A stretch of DNA of 64,000 nt from Fimbriosthenelais zetlandica (taxonomy: Eukaryota), in assembly GCA_977030845.1 (NCBI GenBank), contig OZ365114.1:14260001-14324000 (forward strand). Direction: 5' to 3'. The notes under the pieces were generated by a model. It saw nothing but the letters and a program-made list of their open reading frames with translations. It made no database searches and had not been told where the DNA came from. The position numbers were made by a program, and so were the translations under genes. Below, in pieces: positions 63,073-64,000 of the stretch. Each line of letters starts with the position of its first letter. Positions within the stretch are counted from its first letter, which is position 1.

Positions 63073-64000
63073 AGGGGGGTTATTTTAAACAAGTAAGAAG
63101 GAAAATGGGACCAGACAAACATGGTCGGTATAAGGGGATGGGTTCGGATGTGGGGTGCACTGTATTACAAGGTGACGCTTTAATTCACTTATAGATACAG
63201 ATAATTTTCTAGCGAGATGCAGGTATGTTTTACCCCTGCCGCACCCCTTCTACCTGCAGCCATATTATAGTGGATCTTCATCAGCTATAGATGGAGATAA
63301 TTCTCTAACTCTGACCCCTCCTATCCTCACCCCCTACTCCCCTCCTATCCTCACTCCCCCCTGCAAACCTCTACCAAGAATGACCCTTGACTCTAGCCTA
63401 CAGATGCTCGGATACAGGGCGGCCTTTCTGGCACAGCTATAAGCATCATTCAGGATTACAGGTGTACCCGGATTTAAGGGAGGAGAACCTGGGAGTGGGA
63501 GGTTGTACTTCTCAACGGCGCATATAATATACATGTACATCAACAATTAATGGACCAATCCTCTGATAGTAATCAGTGCAAGAGCCAAAGTGTCGCAGGC
63601 AAGATAAATGCCATGCTTATACTCAACTCAAGTCCAAGCATCTGGGGGTCTTTAATTTAATTTCAAAGCAATAACGTTCTTTGAAAAAGGTCGTAACTGG
63701 TACTTATATGACCCGCTCTTTCAATGATTCCTTTCAATAAAGTTTAGTGCTTGTACCTCACTCAATGAACTCTTAATGGCAGTTGTTTTGGGGAGGTGTG
63801 AAAGATCCAGGCACGTTTCAGAGGAGCTTAAAGATAGTAAAACTACCCAGTATTTAGGCATATTAGTAAACATAAGTCACAAATTCATGGTTTATGATTA
63901 TGCACAAAATATTAACTCGTATATTGTCAATATACGCCTTAATAAATTTGAATTTAGTTCGCTACATTATTAATAAACTAATCACTGGGCACACTTCTGT

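Overview
AT-rich metazoan genomic DNA with spliceosomal introns; a marine invertebrate such as a bivalve is likely (inference from composition and frequent TACATGTA). One 129-N assembly gap lies at 28822-28950. The main content is a minus-strand gene with 7 coding exons (20483->15566) that I spliced by hand into a frame-consistent 755-aa protein. It has a ~32-aa ectodomain with no signal peptide, one TM helix ending in C-L-C, a disordered tail with 22 tyrosines (21 in YxxI/V/L/M context), SH3-binding proline motifs and a C-terminal PDZ ligand (TTDL). This is the architecture of a PAG1/Cbp-type raft transmembrane adaptor. No coding exon was found in 20.5-64 kb, which is probably 5'-UTR introns or upstream regulatory DNA with MITEs, minisatellites and purine tracts. 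The left part holds: the probable last coding exon of an unidentified plus-strand gene (2553-2693); a bidirectional promoter (~6650) flanked by inverted copies of one element, with an apparently non-coding spliced transcript ending in an AT-rich repeat array; a GC-rich block with a 56-bp palindrome; and two tandem tRNA-Leu-like copies carrying CCC at the anticodon position. No rRNA, CRISPR array or intact transposase ORF was seen. All alignments were done by eye and homologies are recalled from memory, not from searches.
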